Shown piece by piece: positions 1-8,351 of a stretch of 64,000 nucleotides of DNA (the first letter of the stretch is position 1; each line of letters opens with the position of its first letter). The stretch is from NCBI GenBank assembly GCA_013585095.1, contig GCA_013585095.1_3039.1. One strand, given 5' to 3'. A model generated the notes under the pieces. It was not told the origin of the DNA and made no database searches. It saw only the letters and a list, made by a program, of their open reading frames with translations. A program made the translations under genes and the position numbers. Source of the stretch: a phage.

Positions 1-39
1 TGGGCGTATTGTTAGTATTCCAATTGCAGGGACTTTCCG

Positions 40-1359
40 ATGACATTTGATGATTTGACAGAAGGCCAGAAAAATGCCTTTAACATCGTTATGAGGGCTA
101 TTAAAGAAAAGAAACATCATGTAACTATTAATGGACCTGCTGGTACTGGTAAGACTACTCTTACAAAATTCATCATTGAAGCTTTAATATCTACGGGTGA
201 AACTGGTATTATTTTAGCAGCTCCTACTCATGCAGCTAAAAAGATTCTTTCAAAACTGTCGGGGAAAGAAGCGAGTACTATTCACAGTATTCTTAAAATT
301 AACCCAGTTACGTATGAAGAAAACGTTCTTTTTGAACAAAAAGAAGTACCAGATTTAGCTAAATGTAGGGTATTAATCTGCGACGAAGTGTCAATGTATG
401 ATAGAAAGCTCTTCAAAATTTTGCTTTCAACTATCCCACCGTGGTGTACTATAATTGGAATAGGCGATAATAAGCAAATTAGACCTGTTGACCCAGGAGA
501 AAATACTGCTTATATCAGTCCATTCTTTACACACAAAGATTTTTATCAGTGTGAACTTACTGAAGTTAAACGCAGTAATGCTCCTATTATTGATGTAGCT
601 ACTGATGTTCGCAACGGTAAGTGGATTTATGATAAAGTTGTTGACGGGCATGGAGTACGTGGATTTACTGGTGATACCGCTTTACGCGATTTTATGGTAA
701 ATTATTTTTCAATCGTAAAATCATTAGATGATTTGTTTGAAAATCGCGTAATGGCATTTACGAATAAATCTGTTGACAAGTTAAATAGCATTATTCGTAA
801 AAAGATTTTTGAAACTGATAAAGATTTTATTGTTGGTGAAATTATTGTAATGCAGGAACCATTAATTAAAACATATAAAATTGATGGAAAGCCTGTGTCA
901 GAAATTATTTTTAATAACGGACAATTAGTTCGTATTATAGAAGCAGAGTATACATCAACGTTTGTTAAAGCTCGTGGTGTTCCTGGAGAATACTTAATTC
1001 GTCATTGGGATTTAACAGTAGAAACTTATGGCGATGATGAATATTATCGTGAAAAGATTAAAATAATTTCATCTGATGAAGAGTTATATAAGTTTAACCT
1101 GTTTTTAGGTAAAACGGCAGAAACTTATAAAAATTGGAATAAAGGCGGAAAGGTTCCGTGGAGTGATTTTTGGGATGCTAAATCACAGTTTAGTAAAGTG
1201 AAAGCACTTCCTGCATCAACATTCCATAAAGCTCAGGGTATGTCTGTAGACCGTGCTTTCATTTATACGCCTTGTATTCATTATGCAGATGCTGAACTAG
1301 CTCAGCAGCTTCTTTATGTTGGTGTAACACGTGGTCGTTATGATGTGTTTTATGTGTGA
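40..1359 (+). CDS. dda: Dda DNA helicase (SF1)
   Basis: 439 aa; Walker A GPAGTGKTT; N-terminus matches remembered T4 Dda; ATG at 40. Confidence 0.93.
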   Translation: MTFDDLTEGQKNAFNIVMRAIKEKKHHVTINGPAGTGKTTLTKFIIEALISTGETGIILAAPTHAAKKILSKLSGKEASTIHSILKINPVTYEENVLFEQKEVPDLAKCRVLICDEVSMYDRKLFKILLSTIPPWCTIIGIGDNKQIRPVDPGENTAYISPFFTHKDFYQCELTEVKRSNAPIIDVATDVRNGKWIYDKVVDGHGVRGFTGDTALRDFMVNYFSIVKSLDDLFENRVMAFTNKSVDKLNSIIRKKIFETDKDFIVGEIIVMQEPLIKTYKIDGKPVSEIIFNNGQLVRIIEAEYTSTFVKARGVPGEYLIRHWDLTVETYGDDEYYREKIKIISSDEELYKFNLFLGKTAETYKNWNKGGKVPWSDFWDAKSQFSKVKALPASTFHKAQGMSVDRAFIYTPCIHYADAELAQQLLYVGVTRGRYDVFYV

Positions 1360-1365
1360 GGCTAT

Positions 1366-1626
1366 ATGATTAACATCAATTCAAAATATTTAAATCGTCT
1401 AATAGATGGTATAAGGAAGCATACTAATAAGCAAGATAATCTCGATGTTATGGTAACAGGAGCTGAGCTCCTTCATAAGCTTTATCTTATAAGTGATACT
1501 ATATTAGCAATTAAACGAATTGAAAAACAATCATATCACAGTAATACAGATACGGTAATTACACTAGATGAAAGTGTCTGTAAATTACTAATTAAATTTG
1601 AGGAAGCTATTCGTGGAAATAACTAA
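1366..1626 (+). CDS. hypothetical small protein (dexA.2 position)
   Basis: ATG start 4 nt after dda stop; 86 aa ORF. Confidence 0.5.
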   Translation: MININSKYLNRLIDGIRKHTNKQDNLDVMVTGAELLHKLYLISDTILAIKRIEKQSYHSNTDTVITLDESVCKLLIKFEEAIRGNN

Positions 1627-1858
1627 AGATCAGTTTTATCTTCTTCAGGATAAAGTTAGCGAAATTTATGAATTAGCTTATAGTAAAAATCGTAGAAATG
1701 TAAAAATTGAATCTGGAAAGTTAATGCTTCAATTAGAAGAAATTGAACGAGATTTAATTGCGTTAGAATTCTTTTGTGGTGAAGTGAAAACTGTCACAAT
1801 CTGTGATTATGTTTTAGGTGAAATTAGCCATCTTTATGAGGCGATTATTAATGATTGA
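1613..1858 (+). CDS. hypothetical small protein; start uncertain (GTG 1613 after GAGGAA)
   Basis: track ORF begins at TTG 1598; C-terminal motif V-x-I-x-DY-x-x-G-x-I shared with next ORF. Confidence 0.4.
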   Translation: MEITKDQFYLLQDKVSEIYELAYSKNRRNVKIESGKLMLQLEEIERDLIALEFFCGEVKTVTICDYVLGEISHLYEAIIND

Positions 1859-2093
1859 ATTAAGTTGGTACCAGTTTAAATCTCTTATGACAAATGTTAA
1901 AGCTGTCATTCAAGAAAATCCAGGACCTGATAATGTTACTATTCGCGAAAAAGCTTCAAAGATAGTATACAGTCTTGAAGAGATACAAAAAGACATTGAA
2001 TCTATGGCAAAATTTATTGATGAGCCTATTAATAAAGTTTATATTCAAGACTATACTGTAGGTCAAATTCGTGATTTAGCGAGGAAAATTTAA
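1851..2093 (+). CDS. hypothetical small protein, paralog of preceding ORF
   Basis: first ATG in frame with RBS; track start is GTG 1818; shared C-terminal motif. Confidence 0.4.
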   Translation: MIELSWYQFKSLMTNVKAVIQENPGPDNVTIREKASKIVYSLEEIQKDIESMAKFIDEPINKVYIQDYTVGQIRDLARKI

Positions 2094-2776
2094 TGTTTGA
2101 TTTTATTATAGATTTTGAAACAATGGGAAGCGGTGAAAAAGCAGCTGTTATTGATTTGGCTGTAATTGCTTTTGACCCTAACCCAGAAGTAGTTGAAACA
2201 TTTGATGAATTAGTTTCACGTGGCATTAAAATCAAATTTGATTTAAAAAGCCAAAAAGGACATCGTCTTTTTACTAAAAGCACTATCGAATGGTGGAAAA
2301 ATCAATCTCCTGAAGCTCGAAAAAATATTGCACCATCCGATGAAGATGTAAGCACTATCGACGGTATTGTAAAATTTAATGATTACATCAATGCACATAA
2401 TATCGATCCTTGGAAATCTCAAGGCTGGTGCCGTGGAATGTCGTTTGATTTTCCAATTTTAGTCGATCTCATTCGTGATATTCAACGTCTTAATGGTGTT
2501 TCTGAGAATGAGCTTGACACATTTAAGTTAGAACCATGTAAATTCTGGAATCAGCGTGATATTCGTACCAGAATTGAAGCACTTCTGCTTGTTCGTGATA
2601 TGACAACATGTCCTCTTCCAAAGGGAACCTTAGATGGATTCGTTGCGCATGATTCTATTCATGACTGTGCGAAAGACATCCTGATGATGAAGTATGCTTT
2701 GCGATACGCTATGGGTCTTGAAGATGCTCCGTCAGAGGAAGAGTGCGATCCTCTGTCTCTTCCAACAAAACGATAA
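2093..2776 (+). CDS. dexA: exonuclease A (DEDD-type 3'-5' exonuclease)
   Basis: 227 aa (T4 DexA size); IIDFETMG exo motif; position after dda. Confidence 0.8.
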   Translation: MFDFIIDFETMGSGEKAAVIDLAVIAFDPNPEVVETFDELVSRGIKIKFDLKSQKGHRLFTKSTIEWWKNQSPEARKNIAPSDEDVSTIDGIVKFNDYINAHNIDPWKSQGWCRGMSFDFPILVDLIRDIQRLNGVSENELDTFKLEPCKFWNQRDIRTRIEALLLVRDMTTCPLPKGTLDGFVAHDSIHDCAKDILMMKYALRYAMGLEDAPSEEECDPLSLPTKR

Positions 2777-2782
2777 AAAGTT

Positions 2783-2812
2783 GTTTACTTCCTCGGTTAG
2801 TTGTGGTATTAT
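2783..2812 (+). promoter_or_regulatory. T4-type early promoter (-35 GTTTAC, -10 TATTAT)
   Basis: gtttacttcctcggttagttgtggtattat, 18-nt spacer. Confidence 0.55.
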
Positions 2813-2839
2813 AACACCATAGCTACTGAGGATAATAAA

Positions 2840-3343
2840 ATGAAAATTTATCGTGTTGAATCATCATTTAGTATTCTTAATTATGAAGATGCTATAACAA
2901 TACGTCGAGATCTTTGTGTTCAAATAACGCCATACAGGAGTATAATGGATTCATGGAGCGAAGAGTGGTTATTACACGTAGGTTATGACAGACCTAATTT
3001 TATGCATCATAGTAATGATAATAAAAGAATTCCTCTTCCGCACGAAGACAAACTATTAGTTAAAAATGCTAATATAGCAATTAATACTAATTTTGAGAAA
3101 GAAGAATATGTAGGCGTAGATCACTATATTCCAGGATGGTTTATAGCTCTTTATCATTTTGCTTTTGCTAGTGAATATGATATGATGAGATGGTTCACAC
3201 GAGAAGAGCGTGAAGAATTAGCTTCTAAAGGATTTTATCTTGCTGTATACGAAGTACCTGAAGATAAAGTTATCATTGGTGGGCATCAAGTAATGTTCCG
3301 TAAATCCCATGCCGAATTAAAAGGCTTTATTACCTTAGATTAA
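2840..3343 (+). CDS. hypothetical protein
   Basis: ATG after GAGGA; track start TTG 2801 lies inside an upstream early promoter. Confidence 0.5.
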   Translation: MKIYRVESSFSILNYEDAITIRRDLCVQITPYRSIMDSWSEEWLLHVGYDRPNFMHHSNDNKRIPLPHEDKLLVKNANIAINTNFEKEEYVGVDHYIPGWFIALYHFAFASEYDMMRWFTREEREELASKGFYLAVYEVPEDKVIIGGHQVMFRKSHAELKGFITLD

Positions 3344-3353
3344 AGAGAAAATT

Positions 3354-3791
3354 ATGATTAAAAATAATGCTGTTTATCAATTGAAAAAATTTGATGAAAT
3401 TAAGAATTTTTCGGTACTGTCTAATACAGCTCATAATAAGTTTTGTGAACTTCTTGGTTTAACTGGCGGATATCCTTTTACTGTTATTAGTGTTAATAGC
3501 GGAATTCTTATCGGTATGATGTATATTGAAATTAGAAACTATTATGGAATGGTATCACCGCTTATTATTTATGAAAAAGATTTTAGTCTATTGACAGAAA
3601 TTGAAAAACCTGAAGATCCAACTGATCTACTGTGTAAGGCAGTTTATATTCGTCGTCCATTCGCGAATCCTGTGGGTGGATGGGTGACTGATCAGTGGAT
3701 TGAAGATGGTGTTGAACTTCTGAACGTAGTTCATGCTGGAGAGTACTCTGTAGTTCCTCGCAGCGCAGTGATTAATGTTCGTGTAAGCTAG
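3354..3791 (+). CDS. hypothetical protein; C-terminal domain paralogous to next ORF
   Basis: C-terminus TDQWIEDGVELLNVVHAGEYSVVP resembles TDQWVEDGVKLYNAVFLGTYKVIP of 3865..4356. Confidence 0.5.
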   Translation: MIKNNAVYQLKKFDEIKNFSVLSNTAHNKFCELLGLTGGYPFTVISVNSGILIGMMYIEIRNYYGMVSPLIIYEKDFSLLTEIEKPEDPTDLLCKAVYIRRPFANPVGGWVTDQWIEDGVELLNVVHAGEYSVVPRSAVINVRVS

Positions 3792-3820
3792 TTTACAAAC
3801 TCTTGGGACCAGAGTATAAT
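3791..3820 (+). promoter_or_regulatory. T4-type early promoter (-35 GTTTAC, -10 TATAAT inside an inverted repeat)
   Basis: gtttacaaactcttgggaccagagtataat followed by ggtcc. Confidence 0.6.
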
Positions 3821-3864
3821 GGTCCTGCGGAGTATAAAATCTTTTTAACAAGTGAGAGATAACT

Positions 3865-4356
3865 ATGATTATTAATATTGGTGAATTAGCTCGTGTATCT
3901 GATAAATCCCGCTCTAAAGCAGCAGGAAAATTGGTCGAAGTTGTAAGCATTCAGCTTAAACACGGTGTTAAAGATGAAGATTCTGAAGTAAAAGTGCGTA
4001 TCATTCCTAAAGATGGAAAGTCTAAAACTCAGTTTGGCTATGTTCGTGCGAAATTTCTTGAATCTGCGTTTTTGAAAGCTGTTCCTGCTAAAGGAATTGA
4101 AACGATTGATACTTCGCATGTAGGTGTAGACTTTAAGTGGAAACTCGGTCAGGCTATTAAGTTCGTTGCTCCTTATGAGTTTGAATTTACTGAAGGTGAG
4201 GAAGGTGTTGTTAACCGTACTCGCGCTATGTGTGCATACATTACTGATCAATGGGTAGAAGATGGCGTTAAGTTATACAACGCGGTATTTTTAGGAACAT
4301 ACAAAGTCATTCCTGAAAGTTGGATTAAACACTACAGCAAAGCTCGCTATGCATAA
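3865..4356 (+). CDS. MotB-like protein (by size and position; not sequence-verified)
   Basis: 163 aa (T4 MotB 162 aa); basic N-terminus; own early promoter upstream. Confidence 0.4.
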   Translation: MIINIGELARVSDKSRSKAAGKLVEVVSIQLKHGVKDEDSEVKVRIIPKDGKSKTQFGYVRAKFLESAFLKAVPAKGIETIDTSHVGVDFKWKLGQAIKFVAPYEFEFTEGEEGVVNRTRAMCAYITDQWVEDGVKLYNAVFLGTYKVIPESWIKHYSKARYA

Positions 4357-4453
4357 AGTTTAAAATTTTTTCATAAAACTATATACATCAGTAGTTGATT
4401 ATGGTACTATATCAATATCAACTACTGATACAGAAAACAACTTGGAGAATAAA

Positions 4454-4723
4454 ATGGAAAATTTAATTATCATCGAGCAATCTTTCAATGATTATGGTAT
4501 GGCTTACGGTTATCGTGCGATAATGGAAGATTCTCGTGGATGTGTTATCGATATTGCTGAATGTAAAGATTTACTGCAGCTTTTGAAGATTGTTCGCAAA
4601 AATTGGGATTGTGAAAACATTAAAGCTCGTGTTGTAACGGAAGAAGAAACTGTTTTTCATGATGTAAAATTCGCTAAAGGTGCTGCTACTCTTCTGAAAC
4701 GCATCGCTCCACTGTTCAATTAA
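4454..4723 (+). CDS. hypothetical protein
   Basis: ATG after GGAGAA; track start is TTG 4442. Confidence 0.45.
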   Translation: MENLIIIEQSFNDYGMAYGYRAIMEDSRGCVIDIAECKDLLQLLKIVRKNWDCENIKARVVTEEETVFHDVKFAKGAATLLKRIAPLFN

Positions 4724-4736
4724 TGAGGAAATTGTA

Positions 4737-4952
4737 ATGAAACGTAAAATTGTTCAGAATTGCACTAATGACGAATTTGAAGATGTATTATTCGATCCAG
4801 ATTTGGTAGTAGTTCAAAAAGAACATACCGTTAAGTTTACTCACTTGACTTCGGTTTATGTGTATGAAAAGGTTGGTGATAAACAACCAATTTACGGTGT
4901 ATTTCGTGAAATTACTGAAGATGGCACAACTTACTGGAAGGAAACTTATTAA
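4737..4952 (+). CDS. hypothetical protein (cef-region, 71 aa)
   Basis: ATG start; RBS GAGGAA upstream. Confidence 0.45.
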   Translation: MKRKIVQNCTNDEFEDVLFDPDLVVVQKEHTVKFTHLTSVYVYEKVGDKQPIYGVFREITEDGTTYWKETY

Positions 4953-5377
4953 TGGCTATTAGATTTGAAGTTAATAAATGGTATCAATTTAAAAATAAAC
5001 AAGCTCAAGAAAATTTTATTAAAGATCATACTGATAACGGAATCTATGCACGCCGTTTAGGTATGCATCCTTTTAAAATTTTAGATGTTGACCATCTTGG
5101 TCGTCCTACTAAAATTGTGACATCTACTGGCACAATTGGATATGCAACACATGGTGATATCCTTGACGAAAACTTTATCTGGCTCTCTACTAACGAAGCC
5201 GAGTTCTTTGATGAAGTGGAAAATCCATATCAGGCAGCTGAAGAGCAAGAGCAGGAAGAGAAAGAGCAAGAACAAATAGAAGATTTCACAGAATTCCCAG
5301 TCATGAAAGTTACTATTGAAAATAATGAACAGGCATGGTCCTTGTATCAGATGTTGAAAGCTCACTTTAAGGAATAA
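4952..5377 (+). CDS. hypothetical acidic protein (goF position, 141 aa)
   Basis: ATG overlaps previous stop; [12 protein letters not shown] acidic tract. Confidence 0.45.
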   Translation: MAIRFEVNKWYQFKNKQAQENFIKDHTDNGIYARRLGMHPFKILDVDHLGRPTKIVTSTGTIGYATHGDILDENFIWLSTNEAEFFDEVENPYQAAEEQEQEEKEQEQIEDFTEFPVMKVTIENNEQAWSLYQMLKAHFKE

Positions 5378-5379
5378 TT

Positions 5380-5556
5380 ATGCCAATGTATGATTATAAA
5401 TGCCAATCCGAAGATTGCGGGCATGAATATGAAAAAATTAAAAAGATTTCTGAACGAGAAAATGATGTTTGCCCTAAATGTCATCGTCTGTCTACTCGTC
5501 GGCCTTCTGCTCCTAAGCATGTGAATGGCGGATTTTACGACTTACTTAAAGGATAA
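5380..5556 (+). CDS. small zinc-ribbon protein (CxxC..CxxC), not in ORF track
   Basis: 58 aa MPMYDYKCQSEDCGHEYEKIKKISERENDVCPKCHRLSTRRPS...; below the track's 60-aa cutoff. Confidence 0.45.
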   Translation: MPMYDYKCQSEDCGHEYEKIKKISERENDVCPKCHRLSTRRPSAPKHVNGGFYDLLKG

Positions 5557-5558
5557 TT

Positions 5559-5930
5559 ATGTTTAAAATCGGTAAGAAATATCGTATTCGCGAAGGCGAA
5601 GAAAAGAAATATCTAATGTCTGCTATTTATAGGAATGGTTCTATTAATGCTGTAATATCTACAAGCGAATTTATCGTTGAAGATATGAAAGGTCATAATG
5701 TTACGATGATTAGTACAGCGTCTGGAAATAACGGAAAAATTCTTCACAGTTTTCAGAGTAATGTTCTAATTTATGCTGAAGAATTTGACTTCTTCGAAGA
5801 AGTCACAGAAGATTTTGATTTTGAATGCACTATTACCATGAAATCTGGCGACCCTCTTTCCTTTACAGTTAAAGATGAAAGAAGTCGCTTGAGAATTATT
5901 AGTCTTCTTCAAGCTATTAAATTTAAGTGA
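5559..5930 (+). CDS. hypothetical protein
   Basis: 123 aa ORF, ATG start overlapping previous stop region. Confidence 0.5.
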   Translation: MFKIGKKYRIREGEEKKYLMSAIYRNGSINAVISTSEFIVEDMKGHNVTMISTASGNNGKILHSFQSNVLIYAEEFDFFEEVTEDFDFECTITMKSGDPLSFTVKDERSRLRIISLLQAIKFK

Positions 5931-5935
5931 AAATT

Positions 5936-6196
5936 ATGAAATATATTAATCGTTCTATCGCAGCATTAGTATTAGCAGTATCTTTAGTAGGATGTACTGA
6001 TGCTGATAATGCAACTAAAATTTTATCATCAAGTGGTTTTACGAATATTGAAATCACTGGATATAACTGGTTCGGTTGCTCTGAAAATGATTTCCAACAT
6101 ACTGGATTTCGTGCTATTGGACCTACCGGGCAGAAAGTAGAAGGAACAGTATGTTCTGGGCTGTTCTTTAAGGATTCAACTATTCGTTTTAAATAA
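5936..6196 (+). CDS. putative lipoprotein
   Basis: MKYINRSIAALVLAVSLVGC signal peptide with lipobox LVGC; hairpin follows. Confidence 0.5.
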   Translation: MKYINRSIAALVLAVSLVGCTDADNATKILSSSGFTNIEITGYNWFGCSENDFQHTGFRAIGPTGQKVEGTVCSGLFFKDSTIRFK

Positions 6197-6220
6197 AAGG
6201 CCTTCGGGCCTTTAGCTTTA
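6197..6220 (+). terminator. UUCG-tetraloop hairpin, weak intrinsic terminator
   Basis: aaggccTTCGggcctt followed by tttagcttta. Confidence 0.45.
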
Positions 6221-6265
6221 TGATTACTGGAGTATAATATTCCCGAAACCAAACGAGGATAAGTG

Positions 6266-8083
6266 ATGATTAAGAATGAAATTAAAATTCTGAGCGATAT
6301 TGAACATATCAAAAAGCGTAGCGGCATGTACATTGGCTCTTCAGCTAATGAAATGCATGAGCGCTTTCTGTTTGGTAAATGGGAAAGTGTTCAGTATGTA
6401 CCTGGTCTTGTTAAGCTTATTGATGAAATTATCGATAACTCAGTAGATGAAGGTATTCGTACTAAGTTTAAATTCGCAAATAAAATTAATGTTACTATCA
6501 AAAACAATCAAGTAACAGTTGAAGATAACGGTCGTGGTATTCCACAAGCGATGGTTAAAACACCTACCGGTGAAGAAATTCCTGGTCCAGTTGCTGCTTG
6601 GACTATTCCAAAAGCGGGTGGTAACTTCGGTGATGATAAAGAACGCGTCACCGGTGGTATGAATGGTGTTGGTTCTAGTTTGACAAACATTTTTTCTGTG
6701 ATGTTTGTCGGTGAAACTGGCGACGGTCAAAATAATATTGTAGTTCGTTGTTCAAATGGCATGGAAAATAAATCCTGGGAAGATATTCCTGGAAAATGGA
6801 AAGGAACCCGTGTTACTTTCATTCCTGATTTTATGTCATTTGAAACTAATGAGCTGTCCCAAGTTTATCTTGACATTACACTGGATCGTCTCCAGACACT
6901 TGCTGTTGTTTATCCTGATATTCAATTTACCTTTAATGGTAAAAAGGTTCAGGGCAATTTTAAGAAATATGCACGACAGTATGATGAACATGCTATTGTT
7001 CAAGAACAAGAAAATTGTTCTATTGCGGTTGGTCGTTCACCGGATGGTTTTCGTCAGTTAACATACGTCAATAACATTCACACTAAGAATGGTGGCCATC
7101 ATATTGACTGTGTTATGGATGATATTTGTGAAGACCTCATTCCACAAATCAAGCGCAAGTTCAAAATTGATGTAACTAAAGCGCGTGTCAAAGAATGTTT
7201 GACTATCGTTATGTTTGTTCGTGATATGAAAAACATGCGATTTGATTCTCAGACTAAAGAGCGTTTGACTTCTCCATTTGGTGAAATTCGTAGTCATATT
7301 CAGCTTGATGCTAAAAAGATTTCACGCGCTATTCTAAATAATGAAGCTATTTTGATGCCAATTATTGAAGCTGCCTTGGCCCGTAAATTAGCAGCAGAAA
7401 AAGCAGCAGAAACTAAAGCAGCTAAAAAGGCTTCTAAAGCTAAGGTTCATAAACATATCAAAGCGAATCTTTGCGGTAAAGATGCTGATACTACTCTTTT
7501 CTTGACTGAGGGTGATTCTGCTATCGGATATCTTATTGATGTTCGTGATAAAGAACTTCATGGTGGTTATCCATTACGTGGTAAAGTTCTTAACAGCTGG
7601 GGTATGTCATATGCTGATATGCTTAAAAACAAAGAACTGTTTGATATTTGCGCAATCACTGGATTAGTTCTTGGTGAAAAAGCTGAAAACTTGAATTATC
7701 ATAATATTGCTATTATGACCGATGCTGACCATGATGGTTTAGGAAGCATTTATCCTTCTCTGCTCGGATTTTTTAGTAATTGGCCAGAATTGTTTGAGCA
7801 AGGACGAATTCGCTTCGTCAAAACTCCTGTAATCATCGCTCAGGTCGGTAAAAAACAAGAATGGTTTTATACAGTCGCTGAATATGAGAGTGCCAAAGAT
7901 GCTCTACCTAAACATAGCATCCGTTATATTAAAGGACTTGGCTCTTTGGAAAAATCTGAATATCGTGAGATGATTCAAAATCCAGTATATGATGTTGTTA
8001 AACTTCCTGAGAATTGGAAAGAGCTTTTTGAAATGCTCATGGGAGATAATGCTGACCTTCGTAAAGAATGGATGAGCCAGTAG
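6266..8083 (+). CDS. 39: topoisomerase II large subunit (GyrB-like ATPase + Toprim), unsplit
   Basis: 605 aa; DNSVDEG (GHKL), LTEGDSA and MTDADHDG (Toprim); no gene-60 split. Confidence 0.9.
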   Translation: MIKNEIKILSDIEHIKKRSGMYIGSSANEMHERFLFGKWESVQYVPGLVKLIDEIIDNSVDEGIRTKFKFANKINVTIKNNQVTVEDNGRGIPQAMVKTPTGEEIPGPVAAWTIPKAGGNFGDDKERVTGGMNGVGSSLTNIFSVMFVGETGDGQNNIVVRCSNGMENKSWEDIPGKWKGTRVTFIPDFMSFETNELSQVYLDITLDRLQTLAVVYPDIQFTFNGKKVQGNFKKYARQYDEHAIVQEQENCSIAVGRSPDGFRQLTYVNNIHTKNGGHHIDCVMDDICEDLIPQIKRKFKIDVTKARVKECLTIVMFVRDMKNMRFDSQTKERLTSPFGEIRSHIQLDAKKISRAILNNEAILMPIIEAALARKLAAEKAAETKAAKKASKAKVHKHIKANLCGKDADTTLFLTEGDSAIGYLIDVRDKELHGGYPLRGKVLNSWGMSYADMLKNKELFDICAITGLVLGEKAENLNYHNIAIMTDADHDGLGSIYPSLLGFFSNWPELFEQGRIRFVKTPVIIAQVGKKQEWFYTVAEYESAKDALPKHSIRYIKGLGSLEKSEYREMIQNPVYDVVKLPENWKELFEMLMGDNADLRKEWMSQ

Positions 8084-8112
8084 TTTACTTTACCACAAGG
8101 ATGTGGTATAAT
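8083..8112 (+). promoter_or_regulatory. T4-type early promoter
   Basis: gtttactttaccacaaggatgtggtataat. Confidence 0.6.
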
Positions 8113-8137
8113 TAATTGGGCAAATGAGGATATTGAA

Positions 8138-8341
8138 ATGAAATCATATAGAGTAAATTTAGAACTTTTTGATAAAGCAGTTCATCGAGAATATAGAATC
8201 ATTCAACGCTTTTTCGATATGGGAGAAGCCGAAGAATTTAAAAACCGCTTTAAAGATATTAGAGATAAAATTCAATCCGACACTGCAACTAAAGATGAAC
8301 TACTAGAAGTTGCTGAAGTTATTAAGCGTAATATGAATTAA
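8138..8341 (+). CDS. hypothetical protein (rIIA.1 position)
   Basis: 67 aa, ATG with GAGGA RBS, own early promoter. Confidence 0.5.
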   Translation: MKSYRVNLELFDKAVHREYRIIQRFFDMGEAEEFKNRFKDIRDKIQSDTATKDELLEVAEVIKRNMN

Positions 8342-8351
8342 TGAGGAAATT

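Noticed and set aside
427-651. 74-aa ORF on the - strand inside dda
   Set aside because: Antisense shadow ORF fully embedded in a well-supported helicase gene; no RBS
6440-7297. Several short antisense or alternate-frame ORFs within gp39
   Set aside because: Overlap a conserved topoisomerase ORF; typical AT-rich-genome shadow ORFs
8083-8137. Possible gene 60 split and translational bypass site downstream of gp39
   Set aside because: gp39 is one continuous 605-aa ORF through the Toprim and C-terminal regions; no take-off/landing codon arrangement seen
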